Assembly: GCF_016432865.1 (NCBI RefSeq)
Contig: NC_067401.1
Location: forward strand, 57,412,001-57,476,000
Source: Antechinus flavipes
Taxonomy: Eukaryota
Length of the DNA stretch: 64,000 bases
Reading direction: 5' to 3'
Position 1 is the stretch's first letter; every line of letters begins with the position of its first letter. The notes under the pieces were generated by a model. The model saw nothing but the letters and a program-made list of their open reading frames with translations. It searched no databases and was not told the DNA's origin. Below, piece after piece: positions 13,042-27,371 of this stretch. Position numbers and translations under genes: made by a program.

Positions 13042-14324
13042 GAAATTTAATTTCTGGGATTTGACATCTGATTGGATATAATAAAGTGGGTTTATGTAAG
13101 ACCTCCATAGAGGGTGGGCCTGTAAGGTTGAGTTGATCCCCACCAGTGCCCTTCCCTGTTTACCTCAGGGAGAAATCTTAATCAGTGCTTCAGGTTTTCT
13201 CTGCTAACCCCACCTAGTGTAATACATACACAATAAACAGTGTCTTTTGAGGGGAAAGTGAAAAAGGAGAGGTCCTCAAGTTAGCCCAATAACGAGCTCT
13301 TAGGAAAACAAGAACATGTATGACCTTCATAATTACCTTGACCTTGTTTGGCAAAAATCACATTGTTGGCAACACACCTCCAATGAATAGGTCTACTGAC
13401 AGCTCTAAAACAACTAGAATGTAAATTAGACAGGGCCAGTAATGGTGCCTTTTGCTTATTATAGCCAATCCATGCACCTGTCATCATGTAGGTGAATGAA
13501 ACATGACTGTGACCAAAATATATGATTCACTTGAATTTGGAAGCTTCATTCAGATACAGACAAAGACTTATTTCTGACTTGGATTCTGCATATCAAGTCA
13601 TGGAGTCATAGAATCTTAGAGTTGCAAGAATCTTTAGAGGTCATTTAATTTTATCCATACCTGAAGTGCATACTCCATTTACAACTTCTCCAATAATAAT
13701 ACTAATATTTACAAAAAAATTTTCAAGTTTTCAAAGCACTTTATACTTATCTCATCTAAGACTCGTACTAACTTCTATGAACGAGGTAACTTAACTGCTA
13801 TTATTCAGGTTCAGAGACATTAAACAACTTGCCCATAGTCGTAGAGTTATGATAAAGAAGCCAAACTCAGATTTTCCTGATTCCAAGCCCAATACTGTCT
13901 CATATGATATACTCCTAAATACCTACAATGACAAGGAATTTATCATCTCCTAGGGTAATTAATTTCATTTGGAAGAAGCTCTGATTTTGTGATTTTGCCT
14001 TTCAGAGAAAAAAAAAAAAAGGTTTTTTCTCTAGTTATCAACCATTATTCCAAATTCTGCCCTCTAGACCTAACATAAGAATTTAATCCTTTTTGCATAT
14101 AAAGAGAGATGAATAATCCAATATAATTCAACAAAGATTAAGTGCCTACTATACACAAGGCTTTCTGATATACTAAAACAAACAAACAAAAAAATCATCT
14201 TTTCTTTAAACTAAATATTCATTCTCTTTTCCTTCAACTATTCTTCACATGGTAGCATTAACTCTATCACCTCCATTACCTCCCCACCAATAACTTGGAC
14301 TCTGATTCTGAGTCCCTCAAGTCT

Positions 14325-14640
14325 TAGAGATGAGTTTTGCCTTATCTTGCTTGGGTTTTACAAACATTTCTCCTGGTTCTTTTCCTACATGGGTGATTTC
14401 TTCAGCTCCTTTGCTGATTCAACACCCTTATCATTCCTCTGAGGGGGTACTCCAAGTTTCTATATATATTCTCTTAGAGAGTTTATGGCACAAAATTAAT
14501 GAATATGACTCTAAGGTTTGTCCTCTAGATAGCTTCTCTTTTGGGTCTGTGTGCCATATCAACAACTGGATATTTCAAAAGGGAAATGCCACAGGCATCT
14601 CAAACTCAACATATCAAAAGCAGAACTCATTTTCTTCTTA
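14325..14640 (+). mobile_element. L2 LINE fragment
   Basis: tctcctggttcttttcc...cttcagctcctttgctg...aggcatctcaaactcaacatatcaaaagcagaactcatt, typical of L2 ORF2. Confidence 0.8.
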
Positions 14641-15955
14641 AATGCTCTCCTTATTCCACAGGCAGGAAGTGAGAAATTTTCAGTACTGCTCTTTATGTCA
14701 ACTTTTGGAATTATTAAAGGAACTAAAATATACTTGGAAAGTACCCTAACAAAACCCTACAAAATAAAACATTTACAGATATTAGTCTTGTTACACTATG
14801 GCGCTTTTTAAATGAAAAACAGAAAAAAGGAAATGAAATACATGCAACAATAAAAAGGTATAATAAAAATAAAAAGAGAGATGATAGAGCTCATAATAAA
14901 TAGGTCAAAAATTGTTTCAAAAATATTTTGAAATCATCAGATACTACTTCACTGATAAAAGGTGATAACAGGTGCAAGCCATTAGATTTGTCCAATGTAA
15001 GGAAATGGTTGAAGTCTATGATATGAATAATAACTAAGAAGCAATTCAAAGGCCACCTATGGACCATATCCACATAACCATTCACCAATATGTTGACCAA
15101 AAAAAAATTAACAAGTGACTGAGTCATAAAGGTTTGTTGTGGAAATATGGGTTGGTGATGTTTAATTGAAAGCTAATTTGTTACTTCTAGAAACTATGGA
15201 GAAAGGTTTTTATTTATCAGATTGAATTTAGAAAGATGAAGATTTTAAACAGAAGATTGTGATTGAATATTTAGAAGTTGACTTGTATCCTGAAAATAAA
15301 CTTGTATGGAAAAACAACATTTAAAATGATTAGAATTTAGGATTATAATTTTTAACATACAATTACAGAAATATAAAGTGAACTATTAAAGATTTGAAAA
15401 TTAGTTTCATAAAAAAGTCCATTTAATATTAACAAAAACCCAGAGTCAATAACCCTGAGAAAATTACAAAAGATGCCTTTTATTTAACCACAAAGGAGGT
15501 TAATAATAAACACTCAGCACATATAATAAACACAACAAAGAGGTTGTTTCAAATGCCTTTGGCACAAGATATCATCATTTCACTGGCTCTTAGTAGGCAC
15601 ACGCCTGTGGATATAGTGGTTGTAACTATAAATGGTTTATCTCTGGATAGTGCTAATGAAATGGCTTAGATTCAAGAATGGCACTCCATTGGTAACATTC
15701 ACATAAACTTAACCAATATTATGCAGACATAATATTGTATTGATGGCAATTGAGAACCAGATCACTGCCACCAGAAATTGAAAAAAAAGTTTATCTTTAA
15801 TGAGCCTGGATTTAGTAATCAACAACATTATGCAAAGCAATGGTCAAAATGGTACAATTGTTGCCCATAAATGCTGAGATTATGCATTTTATGGATCACA
15901 GTGATCCATAAAGTTTTTTTTAACAACCATTTTAACAGATACCACTATCCTGAGA

Positions 15956-16185
15956 GGGGGTAGCAAAGTAGTGCAATGAATAGAAGACCAGGAATCAGGA
16001 AAAGGTGAGTTCAAATCCAATCTCATACACTAATTGAGTGACACTGGGCAAGTCTCAACCCTATTTCCCTCAATTTCCTTTCCTGTAAAATGAGGTGATG
16101 AAGGAAATTGCAAAGCATTCCAGTCTTTTTGTCAAGAAAACCCCAAAAAATGTGGTCATGAAAAGTCAGATAATGTACCATACCA
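15956..16185 (+). mobile_element. Mar1-type core SINE (decayed)
   Basis: gagttcaaatcc...ctgggcaagtc...gaaggaaattgcaaagcattccag...aagaaaacccc. Confidence 0.7.
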
Positions 16186-17344
16186 AGATACCTTAAAAGT
16201 AAAGTTTTCAAAAGAAAGACCTACAGAGATCACAATTATGTGGGAATAAGATAAGGTATATATGATCCTAGGGCATCTATCTGCCACTGGAGTTATACTG
16301 AGTATGACTTCAGGGAATGTATACTGGAGAAGATACAGAACTATTTTTAAAATTTTTACTTAACTAAAAAAGAATTCACCTACCTATATAAGAATCACTG
16401 GAATATCATATATGAAAGTATAATGGCAGGGTTGTGACTTATCTCATAACTATTTCTATTTCCCATAGAAAAAGATGAGAAAAATCAAATCACCATCATC
16501 CTCATTATCCTTTAAAAAAAAACAAAGAATATCACACATATACTAGTCAAAGATGGAAAAGGATATATCACCTTCAAACACAGATTATTGTGTGTTTATG
16601 TAATTCATACAAAGCATTTGTAACTCACTTTACTATATTTGTTAGTATATACATATATACATGTGTCTGTGAACATATTTTTGTGTGTATATGGGTGTGG
16701 AGAAAGAGATACAGAAAGAGACAAATAAAGAGACAGAGACAGAGACAAAGACAGATTCAGAGAAGCAGTGTGATAAAGTGGATAAAAAGATAAAGAGTAA
16801 AAATGTATTCAATTGACCATATTGGAAGGATAGGAGTACATCAAAAATAGTAATGCCAAACAGGATAACTACTCCTTGTGCCTTGATACCACTAAAATTA
16901 GCTGTAACAGCCTACCAAAAGACCTGAAATGTTGTTTTGGGGGTCTACAAATAGTATCGATTAGTCAGTATATTAATTAATGTGAAACTGCTCAAAAATA
17001 TTTAGATGGAATGTGAAAGGAGGTTTCATACTAACCGTAGTATAATGAGTGATGCTCACTAAAGTTCTGATACCAAGAAAAAAATAATATGCCCTAAAAT
17101 AATTCAGAAATATTAATACTCCATCCATTGAAAATATTTCAATGCACCTAGCACTAACTACCAAACTGAAAAATCACAAATGTACTTAGAATGGGCTAAA
17201 GATAAGAACTATCTTATCTTTATCTTATTATTATCTTAATAATTATCTTAATTATATGACAATAGTATAGCATAAATGAAATGAAAGGCAAATCATACCA
17301 GATATTGCCTAACATTTCATACTGTTCTTAGTCAATGGTAAACT

Positions 17345-18262
17345 CAGTCAATAAGCATTTATTAAGCACTTACTATATGCCAGTTATTATACTAAGCAAT
17401 GAGTATCAAAAGAAAGATAAAAAATATAGTCACTGCCCTGACTTTCTATTGAGGGAGATAGCATATACAACTACATTAATATATCTGATATAGTAATACC
17501 AAAGGGATTATTGTATCAGTAAAAGGCACTTTTACTGGGGAAGGCACTTACAGTGTGGGAAGGCAAAAAATGTCTCTTGCAGAAAGTGAGGTTTAAGCTG
17601 AGTCTTCTAAGAAGCAAGGGAAGCCAGGAATTATAGGAGCAGAAGAAAATTATTCCAGTCATAGAGGAAGGTATGTGAAAAATCACTAGATTTTGGGACT
17701 GGATGTGGAAGGTGAGAGACTGAGCATCTTCTGTTGACAAAACAGTAAGATCTGTCTTTGGATTATAGAGTTTGTGGAAGAATGTAAAGCATAATAATTC
17801 TGAAAAAGTAGGATAGGACCTGGGGATGAGGGGTTTTAAATGCCCAACAGCATTTTGTAATTGATACTAGAGGTAAAGGGAATCTCTAAAGGTTACTGAA
17901 AGAGGGGAAAAGGTGAGATGGTAAGATCAATCCTTTAGGAAGAATACATTGATAGTTTAATGAAGGATAGACTGAAGAGGGGGAGAAACTTGAGATGGGG
18001 AAACTAACTAGAAAACTATTCCAATAGTACCGGCATGAAGACACCCTCAACCAGTGTGGTGAGTTTGTGAGATGAGAGAAGGAAAACATGAAAAAATTTA
18101 GCAGGAGATTTGAGATGTAGAGTAAGGGTTAACTGTCAAGAATGATACTAGGTTGGAACCCTTAGCAACTGAGAAATAAAGAAAATTCAGAGAGAAAGAT
18201 GAGATGGTTCAGATATGTTGAATTTAAGATGCTTTTTGACAAGCAGTTTGTAATGTCCAAAA
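17345..18262 (-). mobile_element. L2 LINE fragment including the 3' end
   Basis: agtcaataagcatttattaagcacttactatatgccag (reverse-complement L2 tail), followed by the purine-rich L2 body. Confidence 0.8.
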
Positions 18263-18339
18263 TGAGATGCAGAAGAAATAAATGTATTAATTTTCTACTA
18301 TCAACTGGGAACTGTGATAAACACAAATGTTTTCTCATT

Positions 18340-18520
18340 TGGTTTACACAGCAACTAACTCTGTGAGGTAGGTGCTATGATTATCCTCACTTTACAGGTA
18401 AGGATACTGAGGCAGACAGAAGCTATGGGACTTGTTTAGGAACACATAGCTTGTAAAAAGTTAGATTTGAACTTAATTCTTCCTATGTCCAAACCCAAAG
18501 TTCTATTCACTGCACTGCTT
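18340..18520 (-). mobile_element. MIR SINE
   Basis: ctgtgaggtaggtgctatgattatcctcactttacaggtaaggatactgaggc. Confidence 0.7.
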
Positions 18521-21500
18521 AGTTACAGTGATAATAAGTTTGAAGACAAATGCAAGACCCAAACTGTAAGAAGTAACTTCATCTCTAAACATAGATTATT
18601 TTAAGTAAGAGCAAAAATCATGGAACAAACAAAATCTGAAGAGAAGAAGTTGAAGAACCTTAAGACATTGAAAATCTTCATTAAACACAAACTCTAGACT
18701 ACACAAAAGCCCAACAGATGACTAAAACAATGAAGATGTTTCCAATGATTTTGAGAAGAAAATCAAACTATTTACACTAGTATTTTTAAAAAATGTTTTT
18801 CAGTTTAACAACAAAATTCAATTAATAGAAAATCTATATTAAAATAGGATAATTTAAAGAAGTTTGTTTTTTTCTATATCATCATGCATAAATTCTCTCA
18901 CAATAAGTGACAAAGTATAAAAACATTATGAGAACTGGTACATCCTAGTTGATATATACTAGAAAACCTAAACCCAATATCAATTCCATTAAAAGAACAA
19001 AAATAATATCTGATCAATGCAGTAGTTACTGAACTACTTTTCATAAAAGCATCACAACATATATATTGCATTTAGTTATTATTGTGAAGCCTTCGATTCA
19101 GTTCCACACTCATAGCTTATTCATGTTCTTATTGAACTATACAAAATATCAATAGCATGTTTGCTAGAGCAATTATGTTCATATAGATAATTGACCATGT
19201 GTAAAGCATGCCACCAACATAAAAATATAAAAAAATTATACAGCACATGCTATCATTCAAGGAAATAGTTTAAGACCCTTATGGTTCTACCTAGCCTTAA
19301 ATCCATTATTCTATCTCCTCAAAGGACCTGAGTATGGCTTCAAAGCTAAAGACATCTTATGTCACTTGATGTGTAAAGATGACATAAAATCCCACTAAAA
19401 ACAAAAATAAATATTAAACATCTCCCTAGTCTCATGGAATCATTATCCAAAGATATTCAAAATCATTTGCATTCGACAAATATAAATATATTAATACACA
19501 CCTAAAAGAGAAACTGTACATTTTGAGTTTGAATCTGAAGATTATGTCCAACAAATTGATGGATATGATACCTCAAAATATATTAAAAATAAAGATACCA
19601 AGCTTCATAAAATTATAACTGCACACTTATCAGTGTCCTAAAATCAAAACTAATTGGAAATAGCATGTCTAAAGCATTTGTTAAGCAGTACCTATCTTAA
19701 TCTACATTCTTGGAACTATCAAGTAGGCTAAAAACAGATTTAGAAATAAATCTCACAAAACATATAATACTAATTAAAACAAATGCCAAACATCAAGACT
19801 TTCATGGAAAAATTAAGACTTCCTTACCAAAAAGGAGGGAAAAAAAGATAGACATTTTTAGCACACAAGATAAGTTGATTAAAAAAAAAAAGACATACAA
19901 AATTACCTTAGGAATAAAGTGACATTTCATAAACTGATAGTTAAGACTGACAATAGTTAAACATAATAAAAAGTAGCTGCCTTTCAATTGAAGCTTGTAA
20001 AAAAGCTAAGACAATCACTGAGAGTCAAGATACCACATAGGTGACATCCACATAAACTTAGACAACAATATGTGAACAAAAAATACATGAAACGCCTGAT
20101 TGTGTTTACATTTGGTTGTGAAAACAGAAGTGATTATGATAGTAATTCAGGACCAAGTCCTCAGAAACAAAAATTACCACTACCACCACCATGACCCCAC
20201 CTTGAAAAATATAAGCTATTTTAAAGGAGCTGAACTTAATGTTTAAAGGAAATTATGCAAAGCAACAATTAAAACTCTGTAATATATCACTTCAGACTAC
20301 TAAAACATATTCCCTATTAAATACCTAATACTGAATGTTCTATGACCATACTATATGCAAAGCTTTGTAGTATATGGTTTATAGTATGACAATTAGTCAT
20401 TTGTAAATTCATGAAAGATATTTCTCCTAAAATTAATCTATCAAACATATTGGGAGAGGGGCAACAGAGTTCATCAGCATATAGGAATCCTAACGAGGAT
20501 GATATATAATAGTTACAAAAAGATTTTCCTCTTGAAATATATTTCATGGACTTATAGATGACTAATCATTATACTACAAATATAGACCTCAAAAATCTTA
20601 GAGTAGTTAACCAATAAATCATTTTGGAACCAAACTATTATCACCGACCCAAGTGTGGTCCACAGTTGACAAGACATTAATTCATAAAAATTTAAAAATA
20701 ATTTAACAGATATTTCCATATCAAAACTCATAATATCCAAGCCACATGAAATAAAAATCTTTCAATCTTTAGAGACCTAGGAAATCATGTCATAAAATTT
20801 CAAAGTAGATATATTCTTTTTGTTCTGTGTGTTCTTGAAGTGGTACTGAAGATGTTCAGGAAACTCACAGAAAATGAGCTTACACTATAAAAGCTTCATT
20901 TTTTTAAACCAAAAAACATTTATCTACTATTTTAAGTGTGTAATAGTCTATAGAGTATGAAATATAAAAGAATAATTGCAAGATAATGACTAGTCTCATG
21001 AAATTCTTTGAAAAAATGAAAAAAGGAGATTGATTATGATGATAACTGACATTTATGTAGTTCTTTAATCTTTAAAATTTCAGAAGTATTATACAAAATA
21101 ATTATAACTGATATTTGCTTAAAAGTTCACAAAACTCTTTCAATATCACTTGATCCTCATAGCAAACCTGTGAGGTAGGTATTAAAGGCATAGTTGATTA
21201 ATGCATAGTAGAATTTTTTTCAGAAAGGAAGTATTCTTCATCTATCAACTTCACTTCCTTTAGATTTCAAACTCAGAGATTATATCTAAGAAATCTGAAT
21301 TGTTAATCCACTCTGAAGGACTTTATAAAAATTTGCGTAATAGGTGGCAGCCTAGATTGGTAAAATTCGAATGGACATTAAAGCAGACCTCCTCCCAACC
21401 AAAAAAAAAAAAAAAAAAGTATAATCTACATTCTGCCTGTCATTCTTTCCTATTAATTTAGAATGTTCAAAAATCCATGTAAAAATGAAAAATCTCTTTA

Positions 21501-21829
21501 AAGTAGTCACATTTTAAGATTTAATTAATGTAAACTGTTAGGAAGTTATTTGAAACTTCCTCCATGGCTGGGGCAGAGGTAGGGAGAAAATCAGGAGGGA
21601 AGAATGAAATGCTAACATTTTGTAATCCTTAGTTATCTGGTATGTACTCTGATTAGAAAAGTTTGTGAAATGAATTCTTGAACTGATGAGGGAAGTATAA
21701 AAAATAAGCTTTCCTTAATTTACAATTTTTCCTCAGTCTAGTTCCATCAGAGTTAGTATTGTATTAGTGCATGAATAAATCAGTATTTCTTAAATTTATA
21801 CAGACTCACACACAGAGACATGTACAAAC

Positions 21830-21893
21830 ACACCACCAGCACCACCAACACTAGCATTATCACCACAGTCACCACCACCACCACCACCACCAT
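21830..21893. repeat. Degenerate (CAC)n trinucleotide repeat
   Basis: caccaccagcaccaccaacac...caccaccaccaccaccaccac. Confidence 0.85.
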
Positions 21894-22594
21894 CAAAAGT
21901 TCAACAACTTCCACAATCAGAAAGTGGAGATCTCATCAAAAACTGAAAAGTTCTAATTATAGATACATGAGACCAAAAATCTCAAAGTTGGAATGGGCTT
22001 AAGGGATCATCTAATATAACCTTTACCTTGATGAAAAATTCCCTTTAAACATTCCTTACAAATGATGATCCACCCTCTAAATGAAGACCTCTACTAATGA
22101 TGGGAAAATCACTGTCTCCCGAAACAATCTATTAAGTTTCTCTAAGGTTCTAATTGCTAGGAATCTCTTGTGGCAAATATATGGGAAGATACAAGCAAAA
22201 GTCACATGGGGTAAATAACTGAAGGGAATATTAACATAGATGAAATATTTGAGTGGAGGAGTCAAATCTTCCTCTCCACAATCTCTTTCTACCCATTATT
22301 TCTTGTTCTCTCCACTGAGGTAACAAGAACAAATTTAATAATCTTCCACATGTAAGCTGCGTTATTCAGAAAGGATGCAGAGATGACATAAAAAGTTGCA
22401 AAATTGCTGGGAAAGAAGAGCAAAGGATCTAGTTTGACATCAAAGAGGAATAGAATTTCCATCAGTCAATCAGGTAGAGCTTGCTAGCAGAGAATATAAA
22501 TTAAAGTGAATGATGAGAATCACTGAATTCTACAATATGCAAGGACCTCAGGGGTCATATGGTCTCACCTGAAAAGGCATTTTTTTTCATGAGT

Positions 22595-22785
22595 CAAGAT
22601 GTCAAGCACAAAACTCCCAATGGACCCAAAATAGATTAAATACAATCAGGAGCTATTTTACAAAATAAATAAAAATACAATAAAATATAGATAAAATAGC
22701 AATCCATTTTAAGTCTAAATCAATATGTAGTTCAAAGAGATCCTTATTTAATAGCCCCCATCTATATTTGAGTTTGACACCACTG
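22595..22785. mobile_element. hAT-family MITE (decayed)
   Basis: The right end gagtttgacaccactg (reverse complement cagtggtgtcaaactc) is a hAT-type TIR, with a degenerate partner caagatgtcaagcac at the left. AT-rich interior; no clear TSD. Confidence 0.6.
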
Positions 22786-23694
22786 CTCCAAAGCATCTTT
22801 GGTAAGTGTTTATTCTATCTTCATTTCAAGATCTCCTAGGGAGAGGGACCTACTATCTTCCAAGTAATTTCACCCCACTATAAGATAGTTTTAAATTTTA
22901 GGAAGTTTTTTTTTTTTTTTTACAGTTTCTTAACATTTGTAAATCATATCATAAATCAGCCTCTCTGAATCTTCCATTTGTCTGTACACATCAGCTCCAC
23001 AGACTGACCTCCCAGAGAACATAAACTGCTTTTATGCAAGAACAGTTGCATTTTTGCTTTTCATATCTCCCATGAGAGGCACAATAACATTTACACATAA
23101 GGGCAACTTAACAAACATATTTGTTGAATCATTCCTATTTCCTTTCTGTGTGGCAGAAGAAGACAATTCTATTCCTTTTTCCATTTGGCAATATTCTAAA
23201 AACTGATATCACTATCTGACTAGTCTTTACTTTACCAACATATATGTCCATACATGTCCCTCAACTACTCCCTGAAAGATGTTTATTCTACTCAGCTTAA
23301 AGTACTGATTTTGCCACTTAGTATCTTTGTGTTTGGGGAAAGCACCATACCTTTATGAAACTGCACTTCTTTATCTGTAAAAGGACTGAATTGGACTAAA
23401 TAGTCCCTAATATTTTGTGATCCTGTAATGTTTAAGGATCCCTATATGCAATGATTTCAGTGAGCCATTGTTTTTCTTTTATTGAATTGAAATTTTCCTT
23501 CTTATATCTTCCAACTGCTATTTCTATCTCTGCTCTTTGGAATCACAAAGAATAATTTTAAATTTCACTTAAATTTGTCAAGTGTAAATTTCAAGGCAAC
23601 TGGAATTTGAATAGAGGCAAAACATACAAAAATCATACAGATTACTATGTGTAGATCAAATTGCTTTCAAGGGACTGTTTCATTTCTTCTTCTG

Positions 23695-24085
23695 AAAAGT
23701 AAGGGACTAGGGGTATATATCCTAAAGAAGATAAGACTTTGGAAGTATATGATGTGAAAACTGTCTTCAAGTATTCTGAAAGGTCATTATGTGGAGTAGG
23801 GAATGGATTTCTTCTCACTGGTCCCAGATGGTAGAGCTGTGATCAATAGACAGAAGTTATGAAGAGGCAACTATAGAATTGATGTAAGGAAAGGAATGTA
23901 TCCAAGGATGTAATGGACTGGTATGTATATGTATATGGAGGGGAAGGGGCTAGCATCTTCCTAATTTGAGGCTCCCAAACAAAGACTGGATGACCATTTA
24001 CTGCATTTGTGTAATGGGTATTCTTTTTAGGTACAGTTGAGGTTATAAAGACTTTAATATCCCTTCTAACTCTGATATTCTGTGA
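23695..24085 (+). mobile_element. L3/CR1 LINE 3' end
   Basis: ctgtcttcaagtattctgaaagg...ggtcccagatggtagagc...actggatgacca...cccttctaactctgatattctgtga. Confidence 0.8.
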
Positions 24086-26350
24086 AATAAGAATAAAAAT
24101 ACAGTTTGGTGCAGCAAGGAAGCAGATTGCGACCTGGTAGCTCTGGTGAATTATGGACTTCTAGGTTTTTTAAAGTTAGTGTTACTAATACTCAATAAGT
24201 ACTAGTAATAATATTTAAGAAGTATTGATAATTTGCACATATCATCCAATGAAATGAATAGAAAATAACTAGTCATTTTAATAGGTTATATTGTAGTGTG
24301 GTTTCCCTGGGGCATCCCATGGCTCCTAGACCATAACTGTATATCTTCAGAAGAGACTAAGCCTCTTATTTTGTAGATGAATTTTTTGTAGATTATTATA
24401 TAAAAATGAAGTGTCTTGCCCAAGGTGGATTGAGTGACGCCAAGAAACTAAAGGTTTCGGGTTTGGAGGAGGGAATTCAAGGAGCAGAGAGGATAAGGAT
24501 GAACAAAACAGGAGAGAGAAATCATGCATGAAAGTTGTCTTGGGTGCCGTCAAGAAGATTACAGGCTGTACTTGTTCTTTTGGACGTCCACATGGTGATT
24601 TTCAAAAAAAAAATGAGTCATTCTTTTTAGGTGTTTGCTGTTAGATTTTTCTTTCAGTCATTTGTAAATGTCACCCAGAATCAGCCTGGCTTCTGTTTTT
24701 CACAGGAGACCAGAGATGCTTATGAGCAGGTGTAGACAGTAAAAAGCAAACTGAGGAGTTAAAATGATGATTCCTGACAGTTTTTGCCAAGGGAAAAAAT
24801 GTAAAACATGCCAGAATGTTAAAGAGACACAGGATTTACATATGAGAAAAACATGCTTCTCCTTGCAGGAGTGTGGTGTTTACTGGATGAATTCTTCCTT
24901 AGCTATAAACATATACTCTAGGTTATAAACTGGCACAGACTGGCAGCTTCTTTCCCCTTGAAATTAATTTAGAAACAAGAGCTTAGATTTTCCTTTCTTA
25001 AAATGATACTGAAAGAGGATGAAAACTTTACCCACAATTAGTCCTTCTGTTTGATTGCCGGCTTTCAGAAAATGAAAAAAAGGGGAAGAAAAGCCAACAT
25101 GGTGACATTTGAAAATTATCTTGCATTCCAGATTGTATCCATATCAACAATCTTACAATTCTACATTAATGTTGCCATTAGTTATACTTTGAAGTTACAT
25201 AGCCCTTTTCCTCTAGAGATCTCCAAGTACTTTAAATTTTCTATTTGTCATCCTTATAATATTCCTCTGACACTGTGGGGTCCCAAGACTCACAGATCTA
25301 ATTACATTTCAGTGACAGCCTTTCAACACACCTAATGCCATCCAGAAGGATGAAACAACACCCATGACTGGGATTCATTTTTCCAAAACCAACTTAGCTA
25401 CCACACTCTGCAAGATGGTAAAGGAAATAAGGCGTTATGCTTTGGAGCACTTCCTAAAGAGGGAATGAATAGACTAGAAAACTCTTGGGCAGCATATTTA
25501 TATCTTTCTAAAATGGGCCAAGAAAATCAACTTGAACCTATAGAATGTTAGTGCTGGCAGATCAACTATTCCAGCCCCCTCCTTTTATAGATGAGAAAAC
25601 TGCACCTTAGAGGGAGGAAATGATTTGCTCCATCATACAGCTAGTTAGTGGCTAAGCTGGGAGCAGAAATAAGGGTCCTCAAATGCTGAACTTTTGTTTT
25701 TTCCCAGTCTCCTAACACAGTCATGGGAGCAAATGTCTTCCTTCCTTGTGTTATTGTAAAAAAAACTGATAGTATTTTATCTGATGATATTACAAATATA
25801 TATATATATATATTGCTTTCTCTGTTAAGAAGAATATTCTGTAAAACTTTTCTGTTTTCTAAGGGCTAGGTAGATACATTTCTGTTTTATCATAGCATCG
25901 ATTATAAAGTTACATGTTACATAAGAAGACCTTTGGATCTGACAATAGAAGACTTGCTTTCAAATCTTAGTTGAGTTACTCATTACTTATGTATAACTTT
26001 AGGCACTTCATCTCACTGGACCTCAGGTTCCCAATGACTAAAATGGTACAATTGCAGGAGATAACTTCTGAAATCCTTCCCAAGATTAAAGAATTGCAGG
26101 ATTTAGTGATAAAAGAGAGCCAGGAGATTTTCTTATTTAAAATGGATATGGTATTCCATCTCTCACTAATTTTATGGAAGAGAAAACAGGCCCAGAAGTA
26201 GATTGAATTACTTGCTTTAGGACACACACATAATAAATAACATAGCTGGTATCTGTACCCAGTGTTTCTAACTTCAGATCAGATGCTTTGTACTCAAGAA
26301 CATGTTGCTATCTGTGGTAACCCATATTCTTAAATAAAGTCCTATTTCTT

Positions 26351-26494
26351 TTTTTTTCCCTGAGGTAATTGGAGTTAAGTGACTTGCCCAGGGTCACATA
26401 GCTAGGAAGTATTAACTGTCTGAGGCTAGATTTGAACTCAGGTCCTCCTGATTTCAGGGCTGGTGATCTATCCATTATGCTGCTTACCTGCCTC
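26351..26494 (-). mobile_element. Relatively young tRNA-derived core SINE (WSINE1-like) with target-site duplication
   Basis: Box A/B head (...ggacctgagttcaaatc...), core cttcctagctatgtgaccctgggcaagtcacttaac and an A tail. 16-bp TSD: taaagtcctatttctt (26335-26350) and taaagtcctaattctt (26495-26510). Confidence 0.9.
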
Positions 26495-27371
26495 TAAAGT
26501 CCTAATTCTTGAAAAGACTCTAGTGTGTCAATAACCTAAGTACTGACCAATATCCACCAATTGAGTAAGAAGTTTTACCTTTTCACTGATGGGCATACCT
26601 GTTTTGAAAAGATCATTGTAGTGATTGTGTATGATAAAAATGATTCTAGGACTTGGAATCTTTAGGGAATGAGTATATTGAGATTCAGATTTCCTCTGAA
26701 ATTTTCTATGGCTATACTGAGTGAAAATAAATTTGAAAATAGAATTTGTAAGAGCTTATAGTCATCTTATCTATGATGGGCAATGATGACGATCCATCTG
26801 AAATGATAGTGAAATATCACATTGTAAATACCACATTAAAAGAGGAGGGAGAATTATGAGGGCAGACAGTGTTACAGGAAAACAAGAAACCTGTGCAGTT
26901 GAGGTTCTGGAGATGCATGTGTTTAAATTGTCTCTATATTCTGTCAATGTTCAGTTTTATCCTTTTGCCATGTCCCCTTTTGTGAGCAGAATTACTTGAG
27001 CTCGCAATTCTAATTATTTGAACCACTTACTCTAGCACTTAACCATATACTTTCTTGAAATGTTCTAGGCATTCTAGACTTAAAAGTTGTAGATTCAATC
27101 AGACTGTAAGCTCTGACAGAGGAAAGAATTGATCTTTGACTTCCACTCCTCAGAGGAGTTAACACTGTATCTCACTCATAGGAATTAAACCAGTAAGATA
27201 TAAGCCCTTTGAAGGCAGAATCAATTTCATTTTTGCTGTTATAAATGCAGAGTGACAGACATATATTACGCATTCAATCAATCCATGCAGAATTGGATTG
27301 AATGATGGTAATTGTAGCAATAATTATCAAAAAGTTTATCTTACTGCCTTAAAGGCACTTGATCCAAAAAA

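Noticed and set aside
14890-15310. Possible decayed RTE/other non-LTR reverse-transcriptase remnant
   Set aside because: Only vague motif similarity with many stops; it cannot be supported without a profile search.
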